Below are positions 1-11,700 of a stretch of 64,000 bases of DNA, piece after piece (the first letter of the stretch is position 1; every line of letters begins with the position of its first letter). The DNA is taken from the NCBI RefSeq assembly GCF_003918875.1, contig NW_025767457.1, positions 310,001-374,000 of the forward strand, in the 5' to 3' direction. The notes under the pieces are model-generated. The model made no database searches and was not told the origin of the DNA. It saw only the letters and a program-made list of their open reading frames with translations. The position numbers and the translations under genes were made by a program. Source of the stretch: Haliotis rubra (taxonomy: Eukaryota).

Positions 1-758
1 AAGCTTTGACACTCCTTAAGTGGTGTTCTTCCTTTTTTCGTGTTAATAATGTGCGAATAATAGAGACTTCATAATAGAGATTAAGTGAATGTACATGTAT
101 ACTTGGAATACCAATTCCTCTGGAAACAATTCTTGGATCTCAGGGAAACAAAATAGTACGTTCATTCTCAACTTGCTCTAGCTATTTATATCCTTAGGGA
201 TTGTCTTGATTGTCAATGAGTTCATGTTAACATTTATGTTGATTAACCCTGTGTAATCTAACAATGAAAACCCTGAAACTTGCAAATGCACTTTCTTTGT
301 TGCTAAACTCATCAATAATCCAGCTATCTGTTTGAATATCATCAAGTCTGACAAGCAAGCGAGTATGGTTTTTTGCCGCTTTAAGCAATATTCCAGCAAT
401 ATCATGGCAGGGGACACCAGAGGCCTTACAAGTTACACATTGTACCCATGTATGAATTGAACCCGTGTCTTTGGCGTGACGAGCCAATTCTTTAACCACT
501 GGGCAACCCCACCACCCCAAATCAAGTCTGAACCTGACAATCCAGTGTTGGACATCATAAGCACTAATAAACTCATATGGGATACAATAGCACCAACCAA
601 GTCAGCCAGTCTCACCACCTCAATCCAGTAGTCAACAAGCATGGTTTGCAGAAAACCAATTCTTACTCGAATTTCATGACAGTAGCAGTGCATTAAGTGG
701 CCATACTTTGTGTAGTTATTATACCAATAATTTCATAATTGGGTAAAATTAATCATAC

Positions 759-2062
759 CTTTCCTGTGGAGAAGCTGCAGCATTTTTTTGCTGCTCTACG
801 ATCTGCAGCATCAGCAGCCTTCTGTCTCTTCTCTTCCTTTTCTTGGTTTGCCCCATCTGGGAGAAGCATGTGAATATGATGTCACTTTTCAACATACAGT
901 GTAACCTGTCAACACCAGCACCTGTCTAATCCAGCACATTGTCAAAACCGGCATAAAATTTTGGTCCAGCCATTTTACAATGATATTATGATCATTAAAA
1001 CATTGTCTAATCCAGCACCTGTCTATTCCGTATTCTGGCATGACTTTCTGGTCCCAACAAGCAATTTTAACTGTAATTAACACTGTCTAAACCAGCATGG
1101 GTATGAGCAGTCCAATCAAGGACCCATAGTCCAATACTGACTGACTGAGTTTGGTTTTACGCCGCTTTTAGCAATATTCCAGCGACATCACGGCGGGGGA
1201 CACCAGAAATGGGCTTCACACATTGTACCCATGTGGGGATTCGAACCCGGGTCTTCGGCGTGACGAGCCAACGCTTTAACCACTAGGCTACACCACCACC
1301 CCTCATAGTCCAATACACTAATTAATTTTTTTGGCACGCTAGATAATCAGGAAGAAGTGGTTGCAAGGTGAATCAAACGCTCAAACCCGGGATGGGATTA
1401 CCGTCTCAACATTGTTTTACTCTGTTGCACAATTACAAAATATCTAAGGCATTTCAGAGATAAAGAGATTGACGAGTGTAAATGGCAGTCATGTTGGAAA
1501 ATGATCGTCACTGTCTTATCCGGCACCCTGTCTAAACCGGCATTTTATTTCATTCCCGTGGGGTGCCGGTTTAGACAGGTTTCACTGTATATAAAAATTA
1601 CATATTGTCACCAGCGTTAATATTGCCTATGCCCCTTAAAAATACCTAATGGCCTGTCCTTAAACCTGACAGTGTGTTTCAATGTATCTCTTAATAAATC
1701 TATGGCATGAATGATTTAAATACAAAATGGACCAAAATGGACTTAGACTTTTGGTGCATCCACAACTTAAGTAACTAGTCCAAAACCGAAGTAGAATGAA
1801 AGTCTGTTCATTCTAGCTGGTATCATTATAATTTTCAAACGAATGATGCTGAGAGCCAGAATATGCTCAAAATGCTACACTTGATGTAAATATACCAAAT
1901 GATGCCCTCCAATACTGCTGATCAAATTTTGCCAAGATCACTCTTATCACCAGACATATATACATTGATATATTTACCCATCTTCCTTTTCTTTGGTGAA
2001 ATTGGTGTTGGTTTAAACTGCAAAGTCGATTGTCGAAGTTTCCTAGTGGATGATTCACTCAT
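759..2062 (-). CDS. N-terminal coding exons of an unidentified gene running off the left edge (basic N-terminus with PIP-box-like, NLS-like and VIM-like motifs)
   Basis: Exon 2079..1978 (ctacag acceptor, ATG at 2062, phase-1 gtaaat donor) and exon 856..759 (cttctcccag acceptor, gtatga donor) splice in frame to MSESSTRKLRQSTLQFKPTPISPKKRKMDGANQEKEEKRQKAADAADRRAAKKCCSFSTGK. A likely non-coding first exon ends at a GTGAGT donor near 4380. Downstream exons not identified. Confidence 0.6.
897..1587. mobile_element. Tc1/pogo-type MITE with a SINE nested at 1137-1302
   Basis: Termini TA|CAGTGTAACCTGTC...GACAGGTTTCACTG|TA and internal ctgtctaaWccRgca repeats. The nested SINE is flanked by the duplication catagtccaatac. 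Confidence 0.75.
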
Positions 2063-2885
2063 TGTCAGCAAATAGCATCCTGTAGATTGAAGAGGCAAAA
2101 CACTCCTGTAACTTGGTGACATCAAACCATATTCACCAAAACAGTTGACCTCAAAGTTGACCAAAACCTAAATCACGATAACTTGTACAAACACAAACTA
2201 GATAGCCAGTCATTGATCACAGAGCTTGGCATCAGCATATCTATTCAAATTTACCATGGCATATTCATATATCAAACAATAGTGAGTGAGTTAAGTTTTA
2301 TGCCGCTTTTAGCAATATTCCAGCAATATCATGGCAGGGGATGCCAGAAATGGGCTTCACACATTGAACCCATGTGGGGAATCGAACCCGGGTCTTTGGC
2401 ATGACGAGCGAACACCTTAATGACTAGGCTACTCCACGGCCCTATATATCAAACAATAGCAAAATATATTCTTCTGTTGGGGTATAGATAAAAAAGTATT
2501 ATAAACACAAGGATGCAAGTTGGCACAAGCTCCTGGGCTCAGTCTGATCTAAAGAGGTATCATGGGATATTGCAGAATTTTAGGCTGTATAGGGGTAGTC
2601 TTTAAATGTAAACAATATGCTGGCAGGCATATGATTCAGTTCAAGCTGCATCCTTGAAACCCTTTCTGAGAAGCAAAGCACTAAATATATTTGTGTTGCG
2701 ACAAGTTCATAAAGGGCCTGTGTGGTACTTTTTAGTGTTTGCTTTTATTAAATGTCATACTCAGCATCATTTCATCTTTATGATGATGACCTGTAAAAAA
2801 GTGATTCAGGAGCAGACAATTCACTGATAGATACATTATGCATTGAAGCATGCTATTTAGCATGCCATCCCCAGACTTTCATAAC

Positions 2886-3250
2886 CAGAGATTTACCTCG
2901 AGTCCTGTGTTTGAGGGTCCCTGGGACTCATGCTTATAATTTTCAGGGGTCCTGGACAACAAAATGGGGGTCCGTGAGACACTTAAATATTTTTACTAAT
3001 ACTGTTATTGTATTGTGCATCATGACCATCACATTAATTGTTATAGTAATGAAATTGCAAATGATACCATAACTCAGCTAGTAGCAAACTCAGTGATAAC
3101 TTATTGTTACTTGATTGGAATTACAAATACAAATACAACAGTATTTGGACTTTTTCTGCATCCCTGTGGATGTGCTAATAAATTTCGTTGCGTCCATTGT
3201 GAATTTGTATGCGTATAGGACGCAGGAATGCGCATCCTGTAAAATCCCTG
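2886..3250. mobile_element. non-autonomous DNA transposon fragment (CAGGGATT-type termini, hAT-like)
   Basis: gatttacctcgagtcctgtgtttgagggtccctgggactca recurs inverted near 12695-12744 in a related copy (12412-12744). Confidence 0.5.
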
Positions 3251-4379
3251 CATAACCCTTGAAATGGGTCATTGGTCCTTTTGTGATTTTCACCAGTGAG
3301 TGTGCATCTTCCACATGATAGGAGGAAAAGTATTGGCCAAGTTGAGGTATTCAATTTGAAAAATCACTCACAATCATACTCATCTATCACTTCTTTTTAG
3401 GGACTATGAGGAGTTTGGATATAGATTTGGTCTATGTTTGGAATAGTATGTTGCACACACTCAACATAGTGAATGTCCTGTGGGGGGGTGGGGGTGCAGC
3501 CTAGTGGTTGAAGTGTTGAACCTGAACACCCAGGTTTGATTTCCCACATAGGTACAAAATGTGTTGCCTATTTCTTGTGTCCTCTGGCATGGTATGCTGG
3601 AATATTGCTATAAGCGGTGTAAAACCTTACTCACTTACAGAATATCCTAAATATAATGTGTTGTGATTCATACAAATTGTCTGGCTAATGCATTCTGTAT
3701 AACTGACTGACTGAGTTTGGTTTTACGCCGCTTTTAGCAATATTCCAGCAACGTCACGGCAGGGGACACCAGAAATGGGCTTCACTTTCTGTATAATCGC
3801 ATGTCTTGAAGTGGTATAAACAAAAATGCACATGATGTCTCAGACAAATGCCCCCATACTTCCTGGAATATTACAAGGCATGGTTTGTCCCTCATATTCT
3901 ACTTCTGAACCATTTATAAATGAAAGCAAGCATTTCACCTGATAATATACAAAACACTCTTGGTATGCACAGTTCACCTTGATCATATGAGCGTTTTATA
4001 TACGTCCATCAGTAACGGGTGATTGTTAGCAACCTAAATAGATGGTATCTCTGTTTATTGGTTCTGATGAATGACAGTATCACTGATCGTAATTTACGTC
4101 TGATTGTGATACATTCACTGATCGTCATATATCCACTGACCACTCGTAAACTGACTTTCAAACTTACAACGCAATCTGCTGTAATGGCCAGGAAAGCAAC
4201 TGCATAGTATGTAAACGCAAGAATGATGACGAAGCTAAATGATCATATGTCTTGACTTGAAGTTGAAACAAGACGGTTCTTGCGAACGCTTGCTTAATCG
4301 ATAGGTAAATTCTCGGAAAACCTCGCAAGTGCCCCCAATGCTATGTAAACAAAGTGATCGCCGTAACTATTTGACTCAC

Positions 4380-4568
4380 TTTTCAAACTGAACAGAACAC
4401 GGCTATCATAAAATGCAACTCTAAGCCACCGACGAATATTTTCTGTTGCAACTGGGAAGTGTTACTTTCTGTTTAAAGCATCTTTCCCCTCTTTGAAAGT
4501 CTCGCGTGTGACTTCCGTCGATAACTCTCTACTTCCGGTCTTTTCCTAGCGGCCATTAAGACCTCAAA
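4380..4568. promoter_or_regulatory. bidirectional promoter with ETS sites and a TCT/5'TOP initiator for RPS24
   Basis: ACTTCCGT (4511) and ACTTCCGG (4531), then the polypyrimidine initiator tCTTTTCC (4539-4546) about 30 nt before the RPS24 ATG. Opposite-strand donor at about 4380. Confidence 0.75.
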
Positions 4569-7500
4569 ATGGTACATGTGATGTGCTCTTGAAAATCCAA
4601 ATATATCTCTTAATATAAAGATAATCAATGTTATTAAGATAACTCACTTCATACGTTTACATCTTCACGCATTATATACAAAACTTTAAGTTTGGAAATG
4701 ATTTTGTAAACGTTGTATTTATCGTGTCAAATATGTCAACAACGGTAGTGGGAATTTCGCAGTGTGTTATTGCAGATGAACAGCTATCGCTTACTCATGT
4801 ATTTTATTAAAAATATGAAGAACATTTGTTTTTCATTATGTTTTCTGTAATAATGTCAGTTATTTTCCGTTCACCCTCTGACATAGCGTAATGTTTTGGA
4901 TTTTAGAACGTGTCGTACGATAGACGGGGTGAAACATTTATGATGGTCTTATTTTTATTTTTATCTGATTTTAGAGCACCAGGTCAGTGATAACTGTAAA
5001 ATATCGTACACAATGAAAAGTTGTGAACTGCAAATGAAAATTAATAGCTTTCTCCGTCAATTCAGTGCAGCAAACACAAATGACACTTCCCATTTAGCCT
5101 AACTAATTTAATAAGATTCCATCACATTTTCGCTCTTTTGTAAATATTAGCAAGCTTATTGGATTTTAAGGAATATATATTTGGAATTTAAATATTCCAT
5201 GTCAAATTCAAATTGCCATACCGCCATGTGACAGTTTAGTCATTTTCCATAACATTAACCGAGTTTAAAGCAAACTATTGAACTCTGATAAAAAGTATGA
5301 TTGGTTATCATAGCAAGAGCAATGAGTACCAAGAGTACTTTTGAGTACCTTATGTCCTTAAAAGTACTCTTGGTCACACTTCTAGCCAACACTTGGCGGC
5401 ACAGACGACCCAGTCACCTGGGGATTGCAATAAGTTTTATTCTGTTGATGTGACAGACGTCTATGATTGTAGAATCCAGGGATGAGAATTTTCCGCGGAA
5501 TTCCAGGAATTTCATTAGGCCAAGGGTCATATTTGTGAATCGTCTAAATCCGTATAATTTGGCCTCGATTTGGCCCCTGGCTAGTTTTCAGAGTTGTTCT
5601 CAAAACTTCATTCTCATCCCTGAGAATAGTTTGGCTTCATTATGTTTCTAGGGTTGTCAACTCGTACTCCTAGGTGTCACCATAGTGATAAACATCTGCA
5701 TCAGCACTGGCATTCCTCTTACATCAATTTGACATACTGTGATATGATTGACTTACAGTTGAGCAGAATTAAGCTTGCTATCAATCACTGCTTTCTCACT
5801 GGCATTGAAAATCTGTGTCTGACGTTCGTATTCATGTACTTCAACATTTGCAAATTACTTTTTGCAGAGCGAAGGTGCGGCCACTATCAGAACGCGGAAG
5901 TTCATGACCAACCGCCTGCTCAGCAGGAAGCAGATGGTATGAATTGTTTGAAATTCATATAAAGTTATATTTATAATACCAGGATCTTGCAAAGCTACTA
6001 ATGTCATTGTAATTTGTGTTCCTTGTTAATACTGCAACTATTCAGTGTTTTCATTGGGGCTGGCTAAAGAGATTGATATAAATCTTGAATATCAGCGATG
6101 AGAAGATTTGTGAATGATTATCGATATGAATATTGTGTCATTGCTACTGTCGAACAGAAACTATTGTGATGAAATATACTATTATTTTACTCCCACAATG
6201 CACAAAACTATGTCTATTCTTTTTACGTTTTGTTCATGCTTGTAACATAAGTGCTCAAAGTTAAAGATTAAGGGGCCTCTAGATGCAAAAACTATAGCAG
6301 CAAAACATATCCAGAGGACACATTTTTAATTAGCTTTTAGATTTCAGGATGTTTGTTCTTATGCTTGTACTGATTTTCCTACTGATTTCTTGTTTATTTG
6401 AAAGTGCAGTTTGTATTTCTGTTTGGTGAGATGTTTGAGGTAGAATTCTATCTGTTCTAGGTTGTGGATGTAATCCATCCAGGCAGGGCTACTGTTCCGA
6501 AAACTGAGATTCGTGAGAAGTTGGCCCGCATGTACAAGACAACCCCAGATGTCATTTTCTGCTTTAGTTTCACTACTCACTTTGGAGGTGGGAAAACCTC
6601 AGGATTTGCCCTGATCTATGACACCCTCGATTATGCTAAGAAGTTTGAGCCCAAATTCAGATTAGCAAGGGTAAGTAAAAGTTTGATGAATCGTGAATTG
6701 TTTACTTCAGTTTTGTCATTTCACTTGTTTATACTGCATAAACAACCATGGAGTGTCCCAGCTGTATGTGGTACCCCAACTTGTTGTGCTGAATTGACAC
6801 AATGGTGGGGTCAAATCCATGTTCGCCCGAATGTACGTTGTCAGCATTGTACCGTGTATGTGGTTTCACCTGAGTGGTAAACATCTGAGACCATCATCAC
6901 ATAAGGCTTTCCTCCCATGTGAAGTTACCATGGTAGAACTGGCATACTGTTCAAAGCGGAGTTAAACCAATGTTCTTATTGTAACCATCGGCAGATATTT
7001 CCGTTGCTTAGACCTGTTAGGGTCCGGGTGAGAATATTGATCTTCAGTAACCCATGCTTGTCGTAAGAGGCGACTAACAGGATCGGGTGGTCAGTCTCGC
7101 TGACTTGGTTGACACGTAATCGGTTCCCAACTGCGCAGATCAATGCTCATGTTGTTGATCACTGGATTGTCTGGTCCAGACTCGATTATTTACAGACTGC
7201 CGCCATATAGCTGGAATATTGCTGAGTGCTGTGTAAAACTAAACTCACTCACTCACTCACTCCATGTTGCTCATGGTTATATGGTCTGATTGTTTTAGTG
7301 TGTGATCTGGCTAATGATGTGTTACACCCCATAACAAATTGCACTGATTTCCTTTATGTGATAATTGCAGAGTTCGGGCATGCTTGTTTACTGTCTGTCA
7401 GTGTCATTAAATAAATTTTTAGTTACCCTTTACTTTATCTGATCTTTTTATTAGCTGTCGTCTTTTTTATATGAAATGTTCTAATAAAGAGACCTGAGCA

Positions 7501-8287
7501 ATTGTTTGTTTCTGTGTTTTCAACCTGAAATGTGAAACTATTTGCTACAATTATGTGGTTACAGCATGGCCTAGTGGAAGTGAAGAGAACAGGAAGAAAG
7601 CAGAGGAAGGAGAGGAAGAACAGACAGAAGAAAGTACGGGGAATTGCGAAGGCCAAGATCGGAGCTGACAAGAAGAAGGTAAGGAGTCCATATCTCACTA
7701 ATAACATACATTTGTATATGATTTGGTGGGGAGTGTTAATGCTGGTTTATTCAACAGCTGGCCTGTCTCAAGTTGTAATTTGCAAATATTAGTTTCATGT
7801 TATAATATATATTTAGGGTCAGTTACTCATAGTGGACAGGTGACTTTTTGAAGTCTTATACAAAGTACAAGAAATTTATTTGGGCCCAATTTTATTTATT
7901 TTATTTTGTGGCATGGTTCAAGTGAGAGTTTAGTACTTCCTCTGTTATAGCATATGTTTAATATTTTGGATTGGATCAGTAGGAGCTGTGTTGGATCAGT
8001 TTGTTACAGAGCAAGACAGTTATCTATTGTGAAGTAGGAACAGTCCTTGATTACTTTCCACATGTATTTTGGCAGTGGGGTAGCCAATTGGTTCTGGCGT
8101 TTGCTCATCACGCTGAAGACCCGGGTTCCATTCCCAAAATGGCCACAATGTGTAGCCCATTTCTGGTGTCCCCGGCCATGATATGACTGGAATAATGCTA
8201 AAAGCAGTTCAAAACTATACTCACCCATATGTATTGATTTAACTCGCAATATTTTTATGTATAATTTATTTTGCTTTGCAGAAGTAA
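4569..8287 (+). CDS. RPS24: 40S ribosomal protein S24 (eS24)
   Basis: Exons 4569-4571 (ATG only), 5868-5936, 6461-6670, 7565-7678, 8282-8287 (AAG TAA), all GT-AG and in frame: [50 protein letters not shown]...[14 protein letters not shown]...[25 protein letters not shown](K). AATAAA at 8334. Confidence 0.97.
7015..7262 (+). mobile_element. SINE family B (about 270 bp; GTCGTAAGAGGCGACTAA core, (ACTC)n tail), representative copy
   Basis: Related copies at about 520-680(-), 15545-15705(-), 25501-25747(+), 38678-38912(-), 42120-42389(-), 48700-48964(-), 54355-54597(-), 54712-54945(+), 55340-55533(+). The core resembles the Nin-domain SINEs of molluscs (from recall, not searched). Confidence 0.85.
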
Positions 8288-8911
8288 ACATGGTGCACAC
8301 ACCAGGTACATGGTTTGACAGTTTCTGCACTCCAATAAATAATGCTTGTTTGATGTGATGTGAAGTGCACTAATGCTTGCTACAATAACATGCTCATCTT
8401 CATCCTGTGCAGCTTCACTAATACAGACTAACATGTTCACTTAACAGAGTTAGAGCTACCATTTAGTCCAGCAGCCTAATCAAGTGCAAGTCTGCTACAG
8501 CTTGTTTTCTCCCAGAATTTACTGAGTTAACATTAACCTAAGTCCAAGCTGTGGGCTAGGCTAGTTGAATTTAAGCTCATGGTTACTAGCCGTGGAGCAG
8601 TGAGGTAGCCAATAGGTCGCTCGTCACGCCGAAGATCCAGGTGCAGTTCCCCACATTGATGCAATGTGTGAAGCACATTTCTGGTGTCCCTGCAGTATTG
8701 CTAATATAGCTGCACAATCTTCGCTCACTCACTCACTCACTCTGTGAAGATAGTATGAGTGCACACTTGTTTGATTTACGATAGACTTGACTTGATTAGA
8801 ATGCTTTCTTTGCCTAGACATTTCATATAGACATTTAACCAAAGTTCGAAAATTGAGAGTGGCTCCTTAATGATAGCTTTTACAGTCATTAAATGTTATT
8901 TCACACATTAA

Positions 8912-9237
8912 GGGACTACTCATAATTTATGGCTAGGGGGAGTGATGATGATGTTATGGAGAAGCATGTACAATGTGAATGACCCCCCTAAGATTTAAGT
9001 ACAAAATAAGTGAAACACCCAAACCCCCACCCCCCCCCCCTGCATGTCATGTACAAAATCAATGCCCCCCATAATTTTCTAAGCATAATTTTAAACACAC
9101 TTTATGTACAAAATTGCTCCTCCCCATATGTGTATACAAAATTTATTACCCTGCCCCCCAATAAAATAAATAAAAATGGGTGACCCCTTAAAATCATTTT
9201 CCCCTTCCTCTCCTCCCTCTTTCTTCTTCTCCTCTCC

Positions 9238-9313
<76 letters not shown>

Positions 9314-9339
9314 CCTAGCCATAAATTATGAGCGGTCCC
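8912..9339. mobile_element. PIF/Harbinger (Tourist-like) MITE containing a (CA)n microsatellite
   Basis: TIR GGGACtaCTCATAATTTATGGCTAGG / CCTAGCCATAAATTATGAGcgGTCCC with TAA on both sides. Confidence 0.75.
9243..9311. repeat. (CA)n microsatellite
   Basis: About 34 uninterrupted CA units; explains the CVCVCV ORFs. Confidence 0.97.
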
Positions 9340-10126
9340 TAATAAGTCTGAAAATATGTAAACGATAAGTGAAGTGATGTTTTGCATGTGTTTATTGTCT
9401 AGTATTTTCATTGCATGCAGTGTATTTTTGTCTGGATAAGTTTTCAGATTTTAATTGTAATTTAACACAAGATCTTATGTTCAAAGTGGTGTTCCTTGAA
9501 TACTGGATCCAATGTTCAACAGTGTTTGTCTTTACTAGAAGACGCATTAAAGGGGGTGTATATTATTACAAGATCTAACATTCAAGGGATTTTAACTTCA
9601 ATACGATTTCAAATATTCGAGGGGAATTGTCTCTGGAGCATGAGCTGTTCATTGAAAGCATTTGAGTTCATTCAAATTATGGCCAGTCTCATAGTTGCTA
9701 CTTGTTACAGTTGATACATACTCATGGGAACACATGAAAGTACAGGTGTTCCTTTATTTATATCCAGAATTCCACTCACATTGCAATAAAAGCATGTGAA
9801 GAACCCTGGAAAAGAGTATAGGAACACTTGTACTTTCATGTGTTCCCTTAGTCGTTTCCATGAGTATAGCTTAAAGGCTTATTGCTATTTGTTTGAGTTG
9901 ATATAGCTTGATAGCTTATTGCTTGAAACATTGTGATATTCAGTTATTGTTGTGATATATTTGAATGTTGTACCACCAGTTGCTTTGACATCTTTTCACC
10001 AGCTTGCATAATAACCTTCTTTGTGTAACATCTCAGAATCTGCATTGACTTTGTAGCTGAAAGAGTGATTATACCCAAGACTGCTACATTCTTTTATAAT
10101 CTTGTCAAGGTCCTTGTGTTAACATA

Positions 10127-10451
10127 CTGGCAAACAAGGATAAGTTGAGCACCGACCTGACTATTGACCCATATTGGCATGTATGAGTGCCGCCCACTGG
10201 TGCTTACCATTGTGAGCGAAGCAGCCCCAGGTTGTCTGCGATCAAGTGTAGTGCTACACCGACCACTTGAGTCTTTTGAGCTAGGCGTGTGCAGCTGCGT
10301 GTGGAATCAATTTCATCGTCGTGCAATGCATGTGCACTAGCCTACATCTGCCCTACCTTTCACAAACCAAATGGGTTTGCTCATAGCAGTGCACCGCCTA
10401 CTTCTCGTAAACGTGTTCTCTGCACCGGTCCAACTTATCCTTGTTTGGCAG
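10127..10451. mobile_element. Tc1/mariner-type MITE in the distal RPS24 intron
   Basis: TA|CTGGCAAACAAGGATAAGTTG...CAACTTATCCTTGTTTGGCAG|TA: 21-bp near-perfect TIR with TA flanks. Confidence 0.7.
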
Positions 10452-11117
10452 TAATTGCTCTTCTCTGAGTTGTAGGTAGTCTTGTTTGAACAGGGTACGA
10501 TGGGCAATAGACATATTTTCTATGGGGTATATTGATTTTGTAATCGAGGCGGTGGGGTAGCCTAGTGGTTAAAGCATTCAGGTTCAGTTCCCCATGAGTG
10601 TGAAGCCCATTTCTAGTGTTCCCCACCATGGTATTGCTGGAATATTGCATAAAGTGGTGTAAAACTGATAAATTTTGGAATATATTATCAGTTGTATTCA
10701 GTTCCAGTTCATAGTAAATTGATGCATTCAGAACTGATCCAGAATTGTTACCCTGAAAAGCTACAGGTCCATGAGCATATGCTCATGCATACCTAGCCAT
10801 CCTATAGATGGAATACTGCTGAACAACAAACACACACATGCCTATTCGTACAAAATATGAATTATTGAGGAAAGCAATACACCCAGCAAATAGATTAGTT
10901 TATCAACAATGAGGTACAGTAAGTCTCCATACAGCAGGTTAATGTAAATGTTCCATCCATGACAGCTCTAACTTTAGGTATTATTGTCAAATTCAACATG
11001 TTGTTTGAGGAGCAGGGATTGTTTTCCCCCTGTTTAGAATAGGGGTATAACAGCTTATGCTTATGAATGATGTGTGACTTAGTGATTCTGTTTTGAGTAT
11101 GATCTGAATATGCCTGG

Positions 11118-11281
11118 GAGCATGGGGTAGCCTGATGGTTAAAGCGTTCGCTCGTCACGCCGAAGACCTGGGTTCGATTCCCCACATGGGTACAATGTGT
11201 GAAGCCCATTTCTGGTGTCCCCCGCCGTAATATGGCTGGAATATTGCTAAAAGCGACGTAAAACCAAACTCACTCACTCAC
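11118..11281 (+). mobile_element. SINE family A (about 165 bp, tRNA-derived head, (ACTC)n or (AGTC)n tail), representative copy
   Basis: A box TAGCCTGATGG, B box GGTTCGATTCC, duplication tgaatatgcct. Other copies at about 372-515, 1137-1302, 2282-2442, 3484-3637, 8074-8224, 8592-8742, 10548-10666, 12826-13030, 14544-14705, 28366-28532, 28806-28965, 34161-34280, 45564-45730, 60315-60446. Confidence 0.92.
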
Positions 11282-11615
11282 TGAATATGCCTGAGACTAT
11301 TACCAGCAGCTGGTTTGTCTGCTGCAGATTAGGTTCCTTACCTGAAACTTGAATATTGATGAGTGCTACATTAAACTGCAAATAGTTTGTACATGGTTTC
11401 TGTATGCTGAGTTCCTCATCTCAGGAGGGTAACCCCAGTTCCTGTCTCGAGGATCTCTAACTGGATCTATTGATGAAAACTGGAGCCAGATGTTTATTCA
11501 AGGCTATTTTGTGGTGGTTTTCCAGGAACAGACATACAGTACTTGTTGCCTGGGTATTTGACTGGTCTCTTGTTTGATAGTGGATTCTAACAAATGTTCT
11601 TTTCTTGTATTTCAG

Positions 11616-11700
11616 TGATCAAGGAAGGAAAGATGTCCCGATGTGTACAGTGATGTGTAATCTGGGATTAAAAAAAAATTTAGAAACATCTCATGAAATG
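11616..11700 (+). other. RPS24: alternative or distal terminal exon of RPS24 (starts with TGA)
   Basis: Branch-point-like ttctaac (11585), pyrimidine tract and ttcag acceptor, in-frame TGA at 11616, ATTAAA at 11667, GU-rich sequence downstream. The 3' end is approximate. Confidence 0.65.

Noticed and set aside
4572-8281. Intronic snoRNAs in RPS24
   Set aside because: No convincing C/D pair with a terminal stem and guide, or H/ACA structure, could be identified by eye; this needs snoscan or Infernal.
11118-11200. tRNA genes at A/B-box sequences
   Set aside because: They are SINE heads joined to SINE bodies, tails and TSDs, with no complete cloverleaf or terminator.
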